Shown here in pieces: positions 1-11,411 of a DNA stretch of 64,000 nt. The position numbers and the translations under genes are program-made. Below the pieces are notes generated by a model. That model saw nothing but the letters and a program-made list of their open reading frames with translations. It did not search any database and was not told the origin of the DNA. This DNA comes from Salisapilia sapeloensis CBS 127946. Lineage: Eukaryota > Protista > Oomycota. The stretch's first letter is position 1. Every line of letters starts with the position of its first letter. Where the stretch lies: the NCBI GenBank assembly GCA_023334545.1, contig JAADVB010000010.1, positions 62,001 through 126,000 of the forward strand. The letters are read 5' to 3'.

Positions 1-121
1 AGTACGTCATGCAGCCAAGACCACCACGAGCGAAGCAGTTCTCATCATGTACAGCCGAGATACTATTCGCTTTATCTTCTTCTGAGACTAACATCGTACA
101 GGAGTCACCTGGTTCCGGCCA

Positions 122-755
122 TTGCTCAGTCGATGCGTCCGAGCTTTCGCCGACCAGGATTTCACTGCACGGAACAAAGTCTGGTGCAGCATCCGTAGCT
201 TCTGGAGAGAGGCAGAATCGGCAGATATTGCTAAAGCAACCAAGTGTATCTTGAGACTCCTCAGCACAAGTGACGTCTTCCACTGCACTGACACCAATCA
301 ATGCATCCGGTTCACTGACAAAGTCGGCGCAATTCTTAGTGCCTTTGTCATCAGCAGCTACAATATATGTCGAGTGCGCCATGACAATAAAGGCAAGTTG
401 GAGACATGTGTAAATCTGTTGATGGCGCATTGGAGTAGTTTAGAGGATTGCGTTCCGGCGAGGATGCTTGGGTTGTACAGAGTAAATCGATTAATACGTT
501 GGTAGTTGGTCAGTAAGCATGGTGTACGGTCATACTCTTGGAAAGAATGCGCCATGAACGAACCTCTGTCCATTGGTTGAAGGCACTGGAAAGTCAGACA
601 ACCTCCTCATAACATATTTCACATGCTTTTTGAATACTCACAAACAGATACCAGAAGTAAACCACTCGATCGCATCTACTGTGGACAGTCGAGGAAGATT
701 GCTCGCGGCCACCCGTCACGACAAGTTACATTGGGTGTCCAATACTTATTTATAG
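122..755 (+). CDS. Possible 3' part of an unassigned multi-exon gene (hypothetical protein)
   Basis: Two same-strand ORFs (122-505, 573-755) with protein-like composition, converging on the next gene. No recognisable motif and the splice path is unresolved. Confidence 0.25.
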
Positions 756-913
756 CATAAAAAGGTTCTACGAAGTAGCTTGACGCTATATGAGGAAGTT
801 ACGGATGGGATATGCACATGGGATGATCAAAAAAGCACTCGATGATTGTAGGAGGAACGTTCTTGGTATCTTAATGCTAGTGTGAAGCAGCCGTTGTCCA
901 CTTTGCTCGGCGA

Positions 914-1871
914 TTAATGCCGCCACCTGCGCTCATGCCCTTCTTCCATCGGAGGCTCTAGAAACCCGCGAAAAACAATGTCATCCACGTACCATCGAGC
1001 TCCATATCCTTCAGCAAGTCGAAGTTCCATGACTGCTTGAGAATGTGGAAGACTGTGCACGTTCTTCCAGGTCGTCGAATCGAGGACTTCTACAGCTTTG
1101 GCCAATGCCACAGCATTCTTAGCAGCGTCATTGCCTTTGATCTGTCCCCACCAGCCACTAGAACTACGTTCAGAGTGCTTGCTGAACGCCTTTGCACCAA
1201 CGCTGAGTGTGTTACCACGATGGGGTTGCTGGAAGGATGCTAGGCACTGGGATCGAGTAAGTGGTGCTACCAAGCGACTTCCTACGGTTTCGCGGAAACC
1301 GAGAAGAGTTAGTACACCGCGAGCGCCTCCAATCTTGTCCATAAAAGAAGAGACGGCTTGGATATTCTGCTTCTGCAAGCATCAAATTACGCTTAGACAG
1401 AGGAAGACCATGACAAGGTAGAAAGCAGCAAATGAAAAAAAGATTTTTCTTTGCTAAAGCACCATGCAATAAAAAATAAACTTGATTTACCTCTTGCTTG
1501 CTCGACGAAAGCGATCGCATCAAGCTGGAGACACAATCAGACGGGAGCTCGGATATCATATCGTAAGAAGCTTTACTCTCGGTGACACCACCAATTACTG
1601 GTGGAAGCAGGAGAACAGGATTGACATGAGTTGTGCACCATTTTGCGATGACTACTGCCAGTTGCGCTACGAAAGGCGCAGGATGTAGACCCTGAAGCAC
1701 TTGGTCCACTGTCAGTCTCTCTATTGCATTTGGAGCGCAATCCGGGTCTGCAAGTAGTATCTGCTGGCAAAACTGAACAGGGTCTTCTGCATCCATCAGT
1801 GCATTCTCCGTCTGCAAGTACTCTCGCAGCGCTGATTCCACTAGCGTTATCACTGCCGCTTGATCGTCCAT
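914..1871 (-). CDS. Homologue of the plant 'RNA-binding ASCH domain' protein family, apparently lacking the ASCH domain; toxin-like C-terminal domain
   Basis: ATG at 1871 (MDDQAAV), phase-0 intron 1490-1373 (GTAAAT..TTGCAG), exon 2 1372-914. The C-terminus LSVGAKAFSKH..WWG..GNDAAKN..VMELRLAEGYGARW..FRGFLEP..EGHERRWRH matches my recollection of the C-terminus of the plant family. Confidence 0.7.
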
Positions 1872-2154
1872 TCCGTGCTTTGGTGTCAATTTCGCTGTCG
1901 GCCACCAGCTGATATCGCGTTGGGTACACTTGGACACTTGAAGCTATATTCGGCATATAGCAACTTCTCCAGCAAGAGATATACGGAACCTCCGATGCAA
2001 GCACCTTTGGTATCAAGTGCCTTCACTTTAGAACTTCCAATACGTATCTTCGTGTCCATGGCGAGTCGCGCTTGATCAACGGATACTGGCGCCGACGAAA
2101 CGACGCTCTGAACGGGCATTTCACAAGTCACCACTTGATCCAATCGCCACCGTG

Positions 2155-3283
2155 ATGAATCCTAGCTTGGAGCATTCTTTTGTCGCCAATGGATCGGCCT
2201 ATGTAAAAGGTAAGTACGCGATTACCGCTACTGGCGTCGTCCGTCGAGGTGCTGGACGTGCTTTTAGTGTGGCTCCGTCGGAGCTCGAGTGGAATGGTGC
2301 GGTCATTGGTCGTGGGTGCAGTGGATGCGTGAGGCGGTCCACACACCTGCCAACGAACACTCCGCTAGCACTAAAAGTTATCAGCTTGCACGATAAATCG
2401 AAGCGTGAGCAAGTGATACGAGAAATTAACACTCTTTTCGACTCGGACGTACGTCCGTTGCTTTTTCTTTCCTACTTATAATTGACAATCTCTTTCGTGT
2501 AGTGTCCTTGCTTGCTGGGTTTTTATGGTGCTTTCTTACGTGACGGGGCAGTGGTCCTCGTGTTAGAGTACATGGATGGTGGGTCGTTGGAAAATGTAAT
2601 ACATCAAGTCGGTCGAGTGCCAGAGGAGGTAGTTGCTGGCATCGCCTATCAACTCCTAGTAGCCTTAGGCTACCTCAAGAGTCAAAACCGTGTACATCGA
2701 GACCTGAAGCCGCCCAACCTCTTGGTTAGTAGTACTGGTCACGTCAAGCTATCCGACTTTGGCATCGCATCCGAGCTTACCAATTCCGTTGGTGCAAGTT
2801 ACCATTCGCTATCACAATTCCACATCACTAACGAGTTCTCGATACCTAGCGATGTGTGCGACTTTTGTTGGCTCCTTTCGCTACATGTCTCCTGAACGAC
2901 TACACAAGCACGAATACAACTTTGGATCGGATGTCTGGAGTCTTGGACTTGTGCTCATGGAAGTTGCCACCGGTGTCTATCCGTACGCTTCTCATGCAGG
3001 TAGCTGCATCGAGCTCATCCAGACCATAAGCGACAGTCCTTCACCCGCGCTTTCCTCCGATTACTTTTCGACTGACTTTTGTGGCTTTGTCGCCCAGTGT
3101 CTCGCGAAAGACCCAGTCGATCGTCCGACAGCCGACACTCTTCTCCAGTCGCCATGGCTCGTTCGTCACAACACGACTAGTACGCTTACTCCCTATCATC
3201 CCTTGACATCTGCTTCACTCCTGACTATAGGTCTAAACTCGTCCATCACCAAAGTGCGTGACTGGATCCAGTCCTTGCAATAA
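2155..3283 (+). CDS. Mitogen-activated protein kinase kinase (STE7/MAP2K)
   Basis: IGRGCSG, ALKVI, HRDLKPPN, DFG, YMSPER, SDVWSLG motifs. Introns 2449-2502 and 2792-2849, probably also 3180-3230. Activation loop S-VAMCA-T has plant-type S/T-X5-S/T spacing. Confidence 0.93.
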
Positions 3284-3376
3284 TACACACAAGTCTCATG
3301 TGAAGAAAACAAGTATCTTTATCTTATGGTGCGTCCAAATTAAACCGACGCCTATGCCTCCAGCCTCCACAGCACA

Positions 3377-5260
3377 CTACTCCAGCAACAATCTTCGATC
3401 CCTACCATACTCTGTAATGTATCCCATCGCCGCTTGCAGACAGGCAATGTAGTACGCAGCCTCCGACCCTTCCTCACTGTCGTCTAGCGCCAGGCGCATC
3501 GTATAGATCTGCGTATGGAGCTGCGACAGGTCACATCGACAGAGCACAAACACTAAAAGCGGCAGCAACACATCCGCAGACACGCCCTCCGGCCCGACAC
3601 GCAGCGTCTCCGTCGCCTCGGCGTACAGTGTTCGGATGCCGGACAAGAAGGCTGCTAGAACGCAGGACGGAACGAGGTGCGGAAGGTTGTTCAGCTTGTC
3701 GATCGTGCGTGGGAAGACGTGATCATCCTGTCCTTCCACTGTCGTCAGCAGGTCGGTCGAAAGACCCACGTCGGTAAGTCGGACGCGACCGAACGCTCGT
3801 TGGAGTTGACGCCAACTCGCGTTCTTATCCTCTAGTTCGTCCGCGACACGCACGTAGCAGACGCAGCCGATGCGACTGTACACCATTTGCTCCACAAAGG
3901 CACGGACGACAGCTGCGTGCTTGCCATGCGCAAAGAGCCTAGCGTTCACGACGATTTCGTCCGTCACCTCGTTCACGAGAGACTTGACGACATACTTGGG
4001 CGCTCGGCCGTCCTGTTGGAACACCGATAACGTACTCGTCTCTGCTTTATTAAAAGACGCACAACAGCCTAAGGCTTGGTGGCAAACGTCATCCAAGGCA
4101 CGACGCATCGAGTGGTGGATGAGACGATGACGGACGACGAGCACCTCGAACTTGGCCAGAGCAGTCGTCGGTGCGTCGAATGCACACGGAACGCGTACGA
4201 ACGGTTCTTCCAGTCTGTCTTTCATGCTCACCTGGCGGAGGAAGCGAGAGGTGTTGGACGTAATAAATTCATTTAGGAAACCTGTCAGGATCGTATTGAC
4301 GCTCTTGCCGTGCTGACTGGGCACCAGTGTCTTGTCTGCATTCATCTCCATTAGCTTTTGCAGCCAGCGACACTGGATCTCTAGAATATAGTGCACACAG
4401 TCGTCTGCGAGTGCCTGCTCCACGTCCGTCACGTGCTGGACAACTCGGCCCATGACGTCCGATGGTCGACTCTCGTCCTCTGTATCACTTTCTTCATTTC
4501 CAGATAAGACCACTTCGCGCTGTACATTCTGCAGCACCGTCAGCGATCGGTTGTGCTTGGTCACGTCGGCGATAAGCTGCATCTGTCGTAGGCCTATTAG
4601 TTCCTTCTTGTGACTCGAAAAGAGTCCCTGCACCGATCGCAGCAATCTCGAGCGTTTCCTGCCAAGCAGTCTCGACTCGCGCTCGATCGTCTGCCGTTCC
4701 TGCTGTATACGATTGGCGATGGCATCCATCCGCTGTTTCTTGGCACCGGCACCATTGCAGTCAAAGGATCGCCAGCGACGCTCCTCGACCATCCTGTCGG
4801 CTAATGACATGGAGGCTCCGTAGCCAAACCTGGATGGGATGCTGGTCCTTCTCGAAAGTTGTGCGTCCTCGGAGCCCTGGTCTCGATTCTGACTCGATTC
4901 GTCTTGATCAGAAGAGACCTGGAGCTGACCATGGTGCGAAATGGCCATGAACGAGAGTCCGTCCGCGACCTCGGTTGTCGCGGCCCGAGGCCTCGACTTG
5001 GGTTTCTCCTCAAGCGCCGTGGAAGGCGACGGCGAGATTACTCCATCGGCCGCCATTTGCCTCGACGTTCGTGTACTGATATTTCGAGTGGAACGAAAAC
5101 GCGTCTCTCCTGTCCTTGGTATACAAACGCCAGCTTTAATTCGGCGTCGGTGGTACAAAGACCACGTACCACTTTTTTGCCAGCACAGGTGCATGCGAAA
5201 GTGAAAATTTAGAACCATGCGATCAGGTGGCTTCACTCCTTTTTTTGCCGATGGGATCAT
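3377..5260 (-). CDS. VPS9-domain protein (Rab5-family GEF)
   Basis: 627-aa ORF. The C-terminal SADVLLPLLVFVLCRC..GSEAAYYIACLQAAMGYI is the VPS9 signature. The true start may be the downstream ATG at 5056 (MAADG), since an Inr-like TCACTTT lies at 5204-5198. Confidence 0.8.
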   Translation of the reverse strand: MIPSAKKGVKPPDRMVLNFHFRMHLCWQKSGTWSLYHRRRIKAGVCIPRTGETRFRSTRNISTRTSRQMAADGVISPSPSTALEEKPKSRPRAATTEVADGLSFMAISHHGQLQVSSDQDESSQNRDQGSEDAQLSRRTSIPSRFGYGASMSLADRMVEERRWRSFDCNGAGAKKQRMDAIANRIQQERQTIERESRLLGRKRSRLLRSVQGLFSSHKKELIGLRQMQLIADVTKHNRSLTVLQNVQREVVLSGNEESDTEDESRPSDVMGRVVQHVTDVEQALADDCVHYILEIQCRWLQKLMEMNADKTLVPSQHGKSVNTILTGFLNEFITSNTSRFLRQVSMKDRLEEPFVRVPCAFDAPTTALAKFEVLVVRHRLIHHSMRRALDDVCHQALGCCASFNKAETSTLSVFQQDGRAPKYVVKSLVNEVTDEIVVNARLFAHGKHAAVVRAFVEQMVYSRIGCVCYVRVADELEDKNASWRQLQRAFGRVRLTDVGLSTDLLTTVEGQDDHVFPRTIDKLNNLPHLVPSCVLAAFLSGIRTLYAEATETLRVGPEGVSADVLLPLLVFVLCRCDLSQLHTQIYTMRLALDDSEEGSEAAYYIACLQAAMGYITEYGRDRRLLLE

Positions 5261-5299
5261 GTTGCATTTTGGCCAAAAGAAACAATCTAAAGAGAAACC

Positions 5300-6369
5300 C
5301 TACTGCGTCTTTTTACTTTCCTGCTTCTGCAACGCTTTCTTCCGAATCCCCATGTGCATCGCCATCACCGCCTATGCCATAAAAACGTTAGACTAGCACA
5401 TTACGAAACGGTGCATCTACAACAGTACCTTGTCCGCGACCATCGTCGGCAGACGCGCGTACAACCAGATCTGGAGCGCATGGGGCCAGTATGGCGAGAA
5501 CAGTCGGTCATAACCGAGGTTCGCCACCGCCGCCTTGGCGTACGTCGTCGGTGACGGGATCATAAATGTCGCACGGCGAATTTTCGCCAGCTTGGTCGTG
5601 ACGAACATCGGGACGTGGCACTGGACAATGACGTTGTGCGACTTGTACTCGGCCGCGAGGCTGTTGGAGAAGGACTCAATGTACCGCTTCGCTGCGCCGT
5701 ACTGCGCCAGCAGCGGCATACTCTTCATCGCGGCCGAGCCAGAGCTCAAGTTCACAATCACACCACGGCGTCGTGCGTCCATGCCAGGCAGCACCAGCTT
5801 GGTCATAACCGTCGTGGCTGTTGCATTCAGTCGAAGGAGTGCATCCACTCGCTCTTCACTCAACTCGGTGAAATACTGCGAGCACGGTCAGATTATGATT
5901 CAGTAGTGTCTATATAAAAACGTACGTTGGGGAAGTCGTACGAGATGCCGACGTTGTTGAGCAATACACCCACATCCTTGATTTCTTCAATCTCTGCCTT
6001 GATCTTGTCACGCGTAGCTTGGTCATCGATGCTCATAAAGTCCACAGCGAGCGTGCGGAGATTGACGCCGCTGTATTTGCTCGAGATCTCCTGCTTTGTC
6101 GCGTCCAACTTTTCCTGGGAGCGACTGATCAGTAGAACATTCATGTCCTTTCGTGCCATCTCAAAGGCAAGCGCTTTGCCAATGCCATCCGTTGCGCCGG
6201 TCACGACAGCCCATCGGCCGAATTGGCGAGGGGCACGAGACGGGCGTAGGAAGAACGCATAGAAGCTGTACAGAAGAGGGAGTACGAGATCTGACAAGAT
6301 CCATACTAGACCGATAACGGCCAGCGGGACGACGATTGTCAGCGCGAACTCTTGCACTAACTCTTGCAT
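5300..6369 (-). CDS. KCR: Very-long-chain 3-oxoacyl-CoA reductase (SDR, HSD17B12/KCR family)
   Basis: N-terminal TM, WAVVTGATDGIGKA, LLNNVGISYDFP, catalytic YGAAK. Introns 5925-5876 and 5428-5372; last exon AVMAMHMGIRKKALQKQESKKTQ*. Alternative ATG at 6447. Confidence 0.9.
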
Positions 6370-6472
6370 ATCTTCCCGAAATGGATGGAGAACTCGATGC
6401 GCATTTAAAATCCAAACAACAATCTGGAACTCCCATCTAATGCGCATTTAATTGTCATGCCTGATCCTTTCG

Positions 6473-6482
6473 CTGATTGGCT
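6473..6482. promoter_or_regulatory. CCAAT box (reverse, CTGATTGGCT) in the KCR/G6PD divergent intergenic region
   Basis: NF-Y-like consensus; the identical 10-mer occurs at 8703-8712 upstream of DOT1. Confidence 0.45.
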
Positions 6483-6713
6483 CGAGGCCATATCACTAAG
6501 AAAAGCTGTTGGCGACATCTCTCTTTTCTTTCCTTGATAATGTAATCACGATTGCGTTATCGCCTAGTCGTGTCGGATACAAAGACCAAGTGTTTCTGAT
6601 AATTCCTATCTTTTGAAATTTCTGTCTGGTTTAACAAGATCCTCCGGACGAACGGAGGTCGAGTCTTGACACAACGTAATTTCGCCAGAAGCCGAAACAA
6701 CGAATAGAGTCAA

Positions 6714-8349
6714 ATGGAGGAAAAACGACGAAACTCGGGCATGCAACTGCACCCGAATGAACGTAACTCGTGCGAGTACGTTGACCAGGGACTGACGGTC
6801 TTTGTCGTTGGCGCCTCGGGTGACCTGGCCAAGAAGAAGACTTATCCGTCGCTCTTCGAATTGTACGTCGCTGGCTACTTGCCCGAGCACGTCATCATCA
6901 TGGGCTACGCGCGATCCAAGAAGAACGAGCAGGACTTCCGTGACTCCATCGCGTCTTACCTATCCGTCGGCGATGACAAGGATGGCAAGATGGCTGAGAA
7001 GAAGAGCGCCTTCCTCAAGAAGTGCTACTAGTGCGTATCTTTACAATCCTATCTTGCCGATCTCGTAGCTAACTCTATGCAACAGCCGCAACGGAGCCTA
7101 TGACTCTCCTCAGGACGTCGGCACTGTCACGAAGGAGCTGGAGCAGATGGAGCAGCAGGTCGGCAAGTCCCCTGCCAACCGCCTCTTCTATTTTGCCATC
7201 CCCCCCTCTGTCTTCGTCCCCATCGGTACGAGCATCAAGAAGGCTGGTCTCACCGACAAGGGCTGGAACCGTATCATCGTCGAGAAGCCGTTCGGCCGTG
7301 ACCTCGCGTCTTTCGATGACCTCAACTCTCAAATGAGCGCCTTGTACAGCGAAGACGAGATCTACCGTATTGATCACTACTTGGGTAAAGAGATGGTCCA
7401 GAACTTGCTCATCCTCCGCTTCTCCAACACAATCTTTGAGCCGTTGTGGAACCGCAACTACATCTCGAGCGTCAGCATCACCTTCAAGGAGGACATCGGA
7501 ACACAAGGTCGTGGTGGATACTTTGACGACTATGGTATCATCCGAGATGTTATGCAGAACCACCTCCTACAGGTGCTCAGTATGATTGCCATGGAGCCGC
7601 CTGTGCGTGCTTCCGGCCAGGATTACTCGAACTACATTCGTGACGAAAAGGTCAAGGTTCTGCAATGCATCGAGCCTGTCAAGCTCGAAGACACCGTCCT
7701 CGGTCAGTACGCTGGCGACAAGGAGAAGGGCGAGCCTGGCTACCTCGAGGATGAGACCGTCCCGAACGACTCAGTCACCCCGACGTTCGCCACGTGCGTC
7801 ATGTACGTCAAGAACCAGCGCTGGGACGGCGTTCCGTTTATTATGAAGGCCGGCAAGGCCTTGAACGAGCGCAAGGGTGAGATCCGCATCCAGTTCAAGC
7901 CCCCGCCAGGTGCCAGCACTATGTTCCCGGACGTGGAGATTCCGCTGCAGGAGCTGGTGATGGTTCTCCAGCCGAACGAAGCCGTGTACATGAAGTGCAA
8001 CGTCAAGTCGCCTGGTCTGGCCACTACGGCACTCGCGAGTGAGTTGGACCTGTCCTACCAGGACCGTTATGAGGACACGATCGTCCCTGGTGCGTACACG
8101 CGATTGATTCTCGACGTGCTTCGTGGAAAGCAGGCTGCCTTTGTCCGAGACGACGAGCTGCACGCTGCATGGGGCATCTTCACGCCGTTGCTGGACCGCA
8201 TTGAGAACGAGAAGATTAAGCCGCTGAGCTATGCATTCGGCGGCCGTGGTCCGAAGGAGAGCGACGAGCTCACCCACCGTGTTGGTTTCCAGTACCATGA
8301 TGGTGCGTATCAGTGGAAGAACCCGCGTCAGAAGACTTCCAACCTCTAA
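6714..8349 (+). CDS. G6PD: Glucose-6-phosphate 1-dehydrogenase
   Basis: GASGDLAKKKTYP, RIDHYLGKE, EKPFG, RDVMQNH motifs. Intron 7031-7085. Strong C/G-ending codon bias. Confidence 0.98.
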
Positions 8350-8702
8350 AGATAGTTCTGAAATGAAGCGCTGGAACAAAATACAAAGATCTTTACTCTT
8401 ATACATGTCTCTACAAAGCAAGATGTCCAGCCACTTGGCTAGGAATAAGGAAAAGAATTGTCAAAGGCTCGCACGATGCATCTCTCGTTGCCTCCCTTGT
8501 CTTCTGCTTCTGCCTTACATTGCTTTATAATAGTACTCTTGACTTCAGTACTCTCCGACATGCAGTCCATCGCACTTTTTAGCATGAAGACACAGCATTG
8601 AGCCAACTAAAGTCCAAGTTACCACATCTTTCCAGCAACGAGTACGAAGGCGAAGAGCTCCGATCCAGATCGCCCATTCGTATCCTCAGTTTATGCGGTA
8701 TA

Positions 8703-8736
8703 CTGATTGGCTATAATTTTACATTTGTACCAATCA
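8703..8736. promoter_or_regulatory. Inverted pair of CCAAT boxes upstream of DOT1
   Basis: CTGATTGGCT at 8703-8712 and CCAATCA at 8730-8736, about 140-170 nt upstream of the ATG at 8877. Confidence 0.45.
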
Positions 8737-8876
8737 CGAGAGTCTGTATTGACTAGGTTTCAGTATATAGATTTGAATTTTTGAATACTTGCCCTGAAAG
8801 TCGAGCGACGGATACTTGACCAGGTTCAGTTGCCTTTTGGACCATCGAAAGCCACGTCTTGTAGTTGTCTTGTAGA

Positions 8877-10125
8877 ATGAGTGAAGCAGTGTCTCCTAAA
8901 CGTACTCGTCCGCTCCGAGCGTGCGTAGTGAAACAAATGAATGTGGCTGCGACGCCCAAGGACGTCATGCGCACGCCGACCAAGCGACGTCGCGCAGCTC
9001 GTGACGAAAATGCAACCAGTGCTAGTCAAACGCCTGAGAAAGGTGAGGCAGAAGTAGGCTTTGTGACGCCTCAGAAGAAGATCAAGCGACGGGGTGCTGC
9101 TGCCGATTCGATGCTGACGCCCGTAGGGGAGAAGAAGAAGACAGTTACGGCATCACCACGCAAGAAGCAGAAAACTGTTTCGAGCAAACCGGTCTTGAAA
9201 AAGTCCCTCGCGAACGATTTCAAGGACGATCACGAGCGTCTGACTCCGTCTATCGTCAAGCGAGTACGTTTTCTCCTCTACTTCTGCTTGGACGCTCCTG
9301 CTTTTACCCAACCTAATTATAACTCGGTCTCGTCATCTATCTTTACTCTAGGTCCTCAAGTCCGTCTACAGCAAGCAAGAGAAGGATGACCGAAGCTTGT
9401 ATGACGTCTCGAACCAGACTGTCCGGCAATTCACACAGTGTGACATGTCCGAAGTTGTCTCCGAGCTCAAATTCAGCGAATTCAGGCGCAGCCTCACCTA
9501 CGGTGAAGTCTCCGTCGACTCCGTTAGCTCCACCATCCTCCCCATGCTGGACCTTCGGAAAGATGATGTCTTCTTTGATCTCGGATGTGGCACCGGTCGA
9601 GTCGTTCTTCAAGCAGCATTGCAGACGCCGTGCAAGCATGCGAGTGGCATTGAGCTCATGAAGAACCGGACGGACGACGGGAACATTGCTCTCGAGCGCC
9701 TTGCGAACAAAGAACTGTCAGTGCTGCAAGATAAAACGATCCGTATCATCCAAGGAGATATCTGCAAGCCACCAGATGAAGCGAAGCTCATGGACGCAAC
9801 TGTCATCTTCCTCAACAACGTTTGCTTCGGCCCGGAACTCATGCTTCAAGTCATGGATGTCCTGCAATCCATGCCCAACCTACGCCGACTCGTGACGCTC
9901 CGTAAGATTTGTGACCGTCATCGGCCGCAAATCTGCTTCCGCAAAGGCAATGGCTGCGCAGAGTTCGTGCATCCGCCGGACATGGCTTCCATCGACGTTT
10001 CGTGGACAGACCACGCGACGGTGTACTTATACGAACGCGTAGACACGTCTTTGAAGGAGCTGGCTACTCAATTACAATTCCCTTCTTCCTCACATGAGCC
10101 GACAAAGGAGGACGAACGTACGTAG
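8877..10125 (+). CDS. DOT1: Histone H3K79 methyltransferase, DOT1 family
   Basis: LTYGEV, DVFFDLGCGTGRVVLQAAL, GIEL, QGDI, VIFLNN motifs. Intron 9264-9351. Basic, S/T-P-rich N-terminus. Confidence 0.85.
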
Positions 10126-10195
10126 ACGAAGGATATAGGATGGTTGAATATACAACTGAACAAACTCTAATGAAATCGACTTGGATTGGACAAAG

Positions 10196-11411
10196 CTATA
10201 TAAGCGACAGCATCGGATCGTCGTCCATTCCTTGGAAGAAGACGGCTTCATAAAACTCTCGAAAGGAACGCACCTGGGCCAGCCTGCTCGAGTACTTGTC
10301 CAGGTAATTCTCTTCTCCTGTCGCTAACACCTTGCCGTTCTCGCTCTGGATGACAGGAATCAATTTCGCGAGCGACGGAGGTCGACGAGGCTCATTCGTC
10401 ACTTCTTCAAACCTCTCGCCTCCATACACTACTCGGTTCATGTCATGGATCGCGTCGCTCACAACAGTTTCGAGCGTCTGCTGCAATGCCGGCGCAAAGA
10501 GCTCGCTTTCGAGAAGGTCCCATAGGTCGTTCAAAAGACTGATCTCTTGCTCGCCTTGGCCTGCCTTCTTGTCTGGGTAGATGAGGAAACTCCTCCACTT
10601 TTCCATCTCACTCGGCACTCGCGTATCAGGTAACAAGTCGCTGCAGATCGAATGGAGCAACACGTTCAGCTCATCTTGCTCCACCTTGGGCTTCTTTGCC
10701 ACCTGCCATCTAAGTTACGTTAGTATGGGACTGAAAGTACTTGTTATGGTAAACGTACGACTGGAGTGCTTGGTTGGCGTCAATGACAGATTCCACGTGC
10801 TCCTGGATCTGCCTCACGCCATCGTCCAGAAAGTATTCTAGCCCAGACGCCAAGAACCCATGCCTCGCTTGCATCTCCTCTTCATTCTTGGCCTGCACGT
10901 TCCTCTCTATCTTGTCCTGGTCCATTCCGCTGCTCTCGTCATACACGCGTCGACCGAGGATGCCGATCTGAGCGAACACAAGCAAATGCCACATCGCGAC
11001 ACTGACGATCGACGTAAAGTATCTCGTTAACGCCAACTTCTTTGCTTGTTCCCACAGCTCGTGACGTTTCGACCGAGTGGACTTATCGTTACTGATGGAC
11101 CGAAGCTCCTTCACGACGGACTCGAGGTCCAGGCGAGTGTAGAGCTGCTGTCGTAGTCGAGGCAGGAAGCGACGGATGGCTGCATTGCTTTCTTCCGTCG
11201 CGCTCGCCAATGACTTTTGCAGCCGCTGGTGCTGAATCAATTGCTGCTGGATGCGCTTGGAGAAAGCATCGCTCTCTTGTGCCACGCGCTGCAAGAGGAC
11301 GTAGCCTCCTGCTAGGACGACCGAACCGACGCAAACGGAGGTCACAAGCCATCTGTGCCTCTTCGTAAAGGATGAAAGGCGATGCTGGAAGTGTTGGAGA
11401 GCGGACCACAT
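10196..11411 (-). CDS. PEX3: Peroxisomal biogenesis factor 3
   Basis: Basic KRHR followed by TM LVTSVCVGSVVLAGGYVLL; RSKRHELWEQAKKLALTRYFT; LLNDLWDLLESELF; SLAKLIP. Intron 10758-10710. Confidence 0.85.

Noticed and set aside
752-846. Frame continuing past a single TAG (..VSNTYL*HKKVLRSS..), suggesting readthrough or an alternative genetic code
   Set aside because: TAG is used as a normal stop elsewhere (DOT1, PP2C, VPS9, KCR); an unresolved splice or chance is more likely.
5260-5300. Apparent 39-nt gap between the KCR stop and the VPS9 start, suggesting a bicistronic transcript
   Set aside because: An Inr-like TCACTTT at 5204-5198 and a plausible downstream ATG at 5056 allow an ordinary separate promoter.
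7075-8421. Long antisense ORFs over G6PD (162 and 216 aa), and similar ones over CHD (19659-20420), PP2C and TyrRS (60397-61263)
   Set aside because: These are shadow frames expected from biased C/G-ending codon usage in well-supported genes on the opposite strand, and they carry no motifs of their own.
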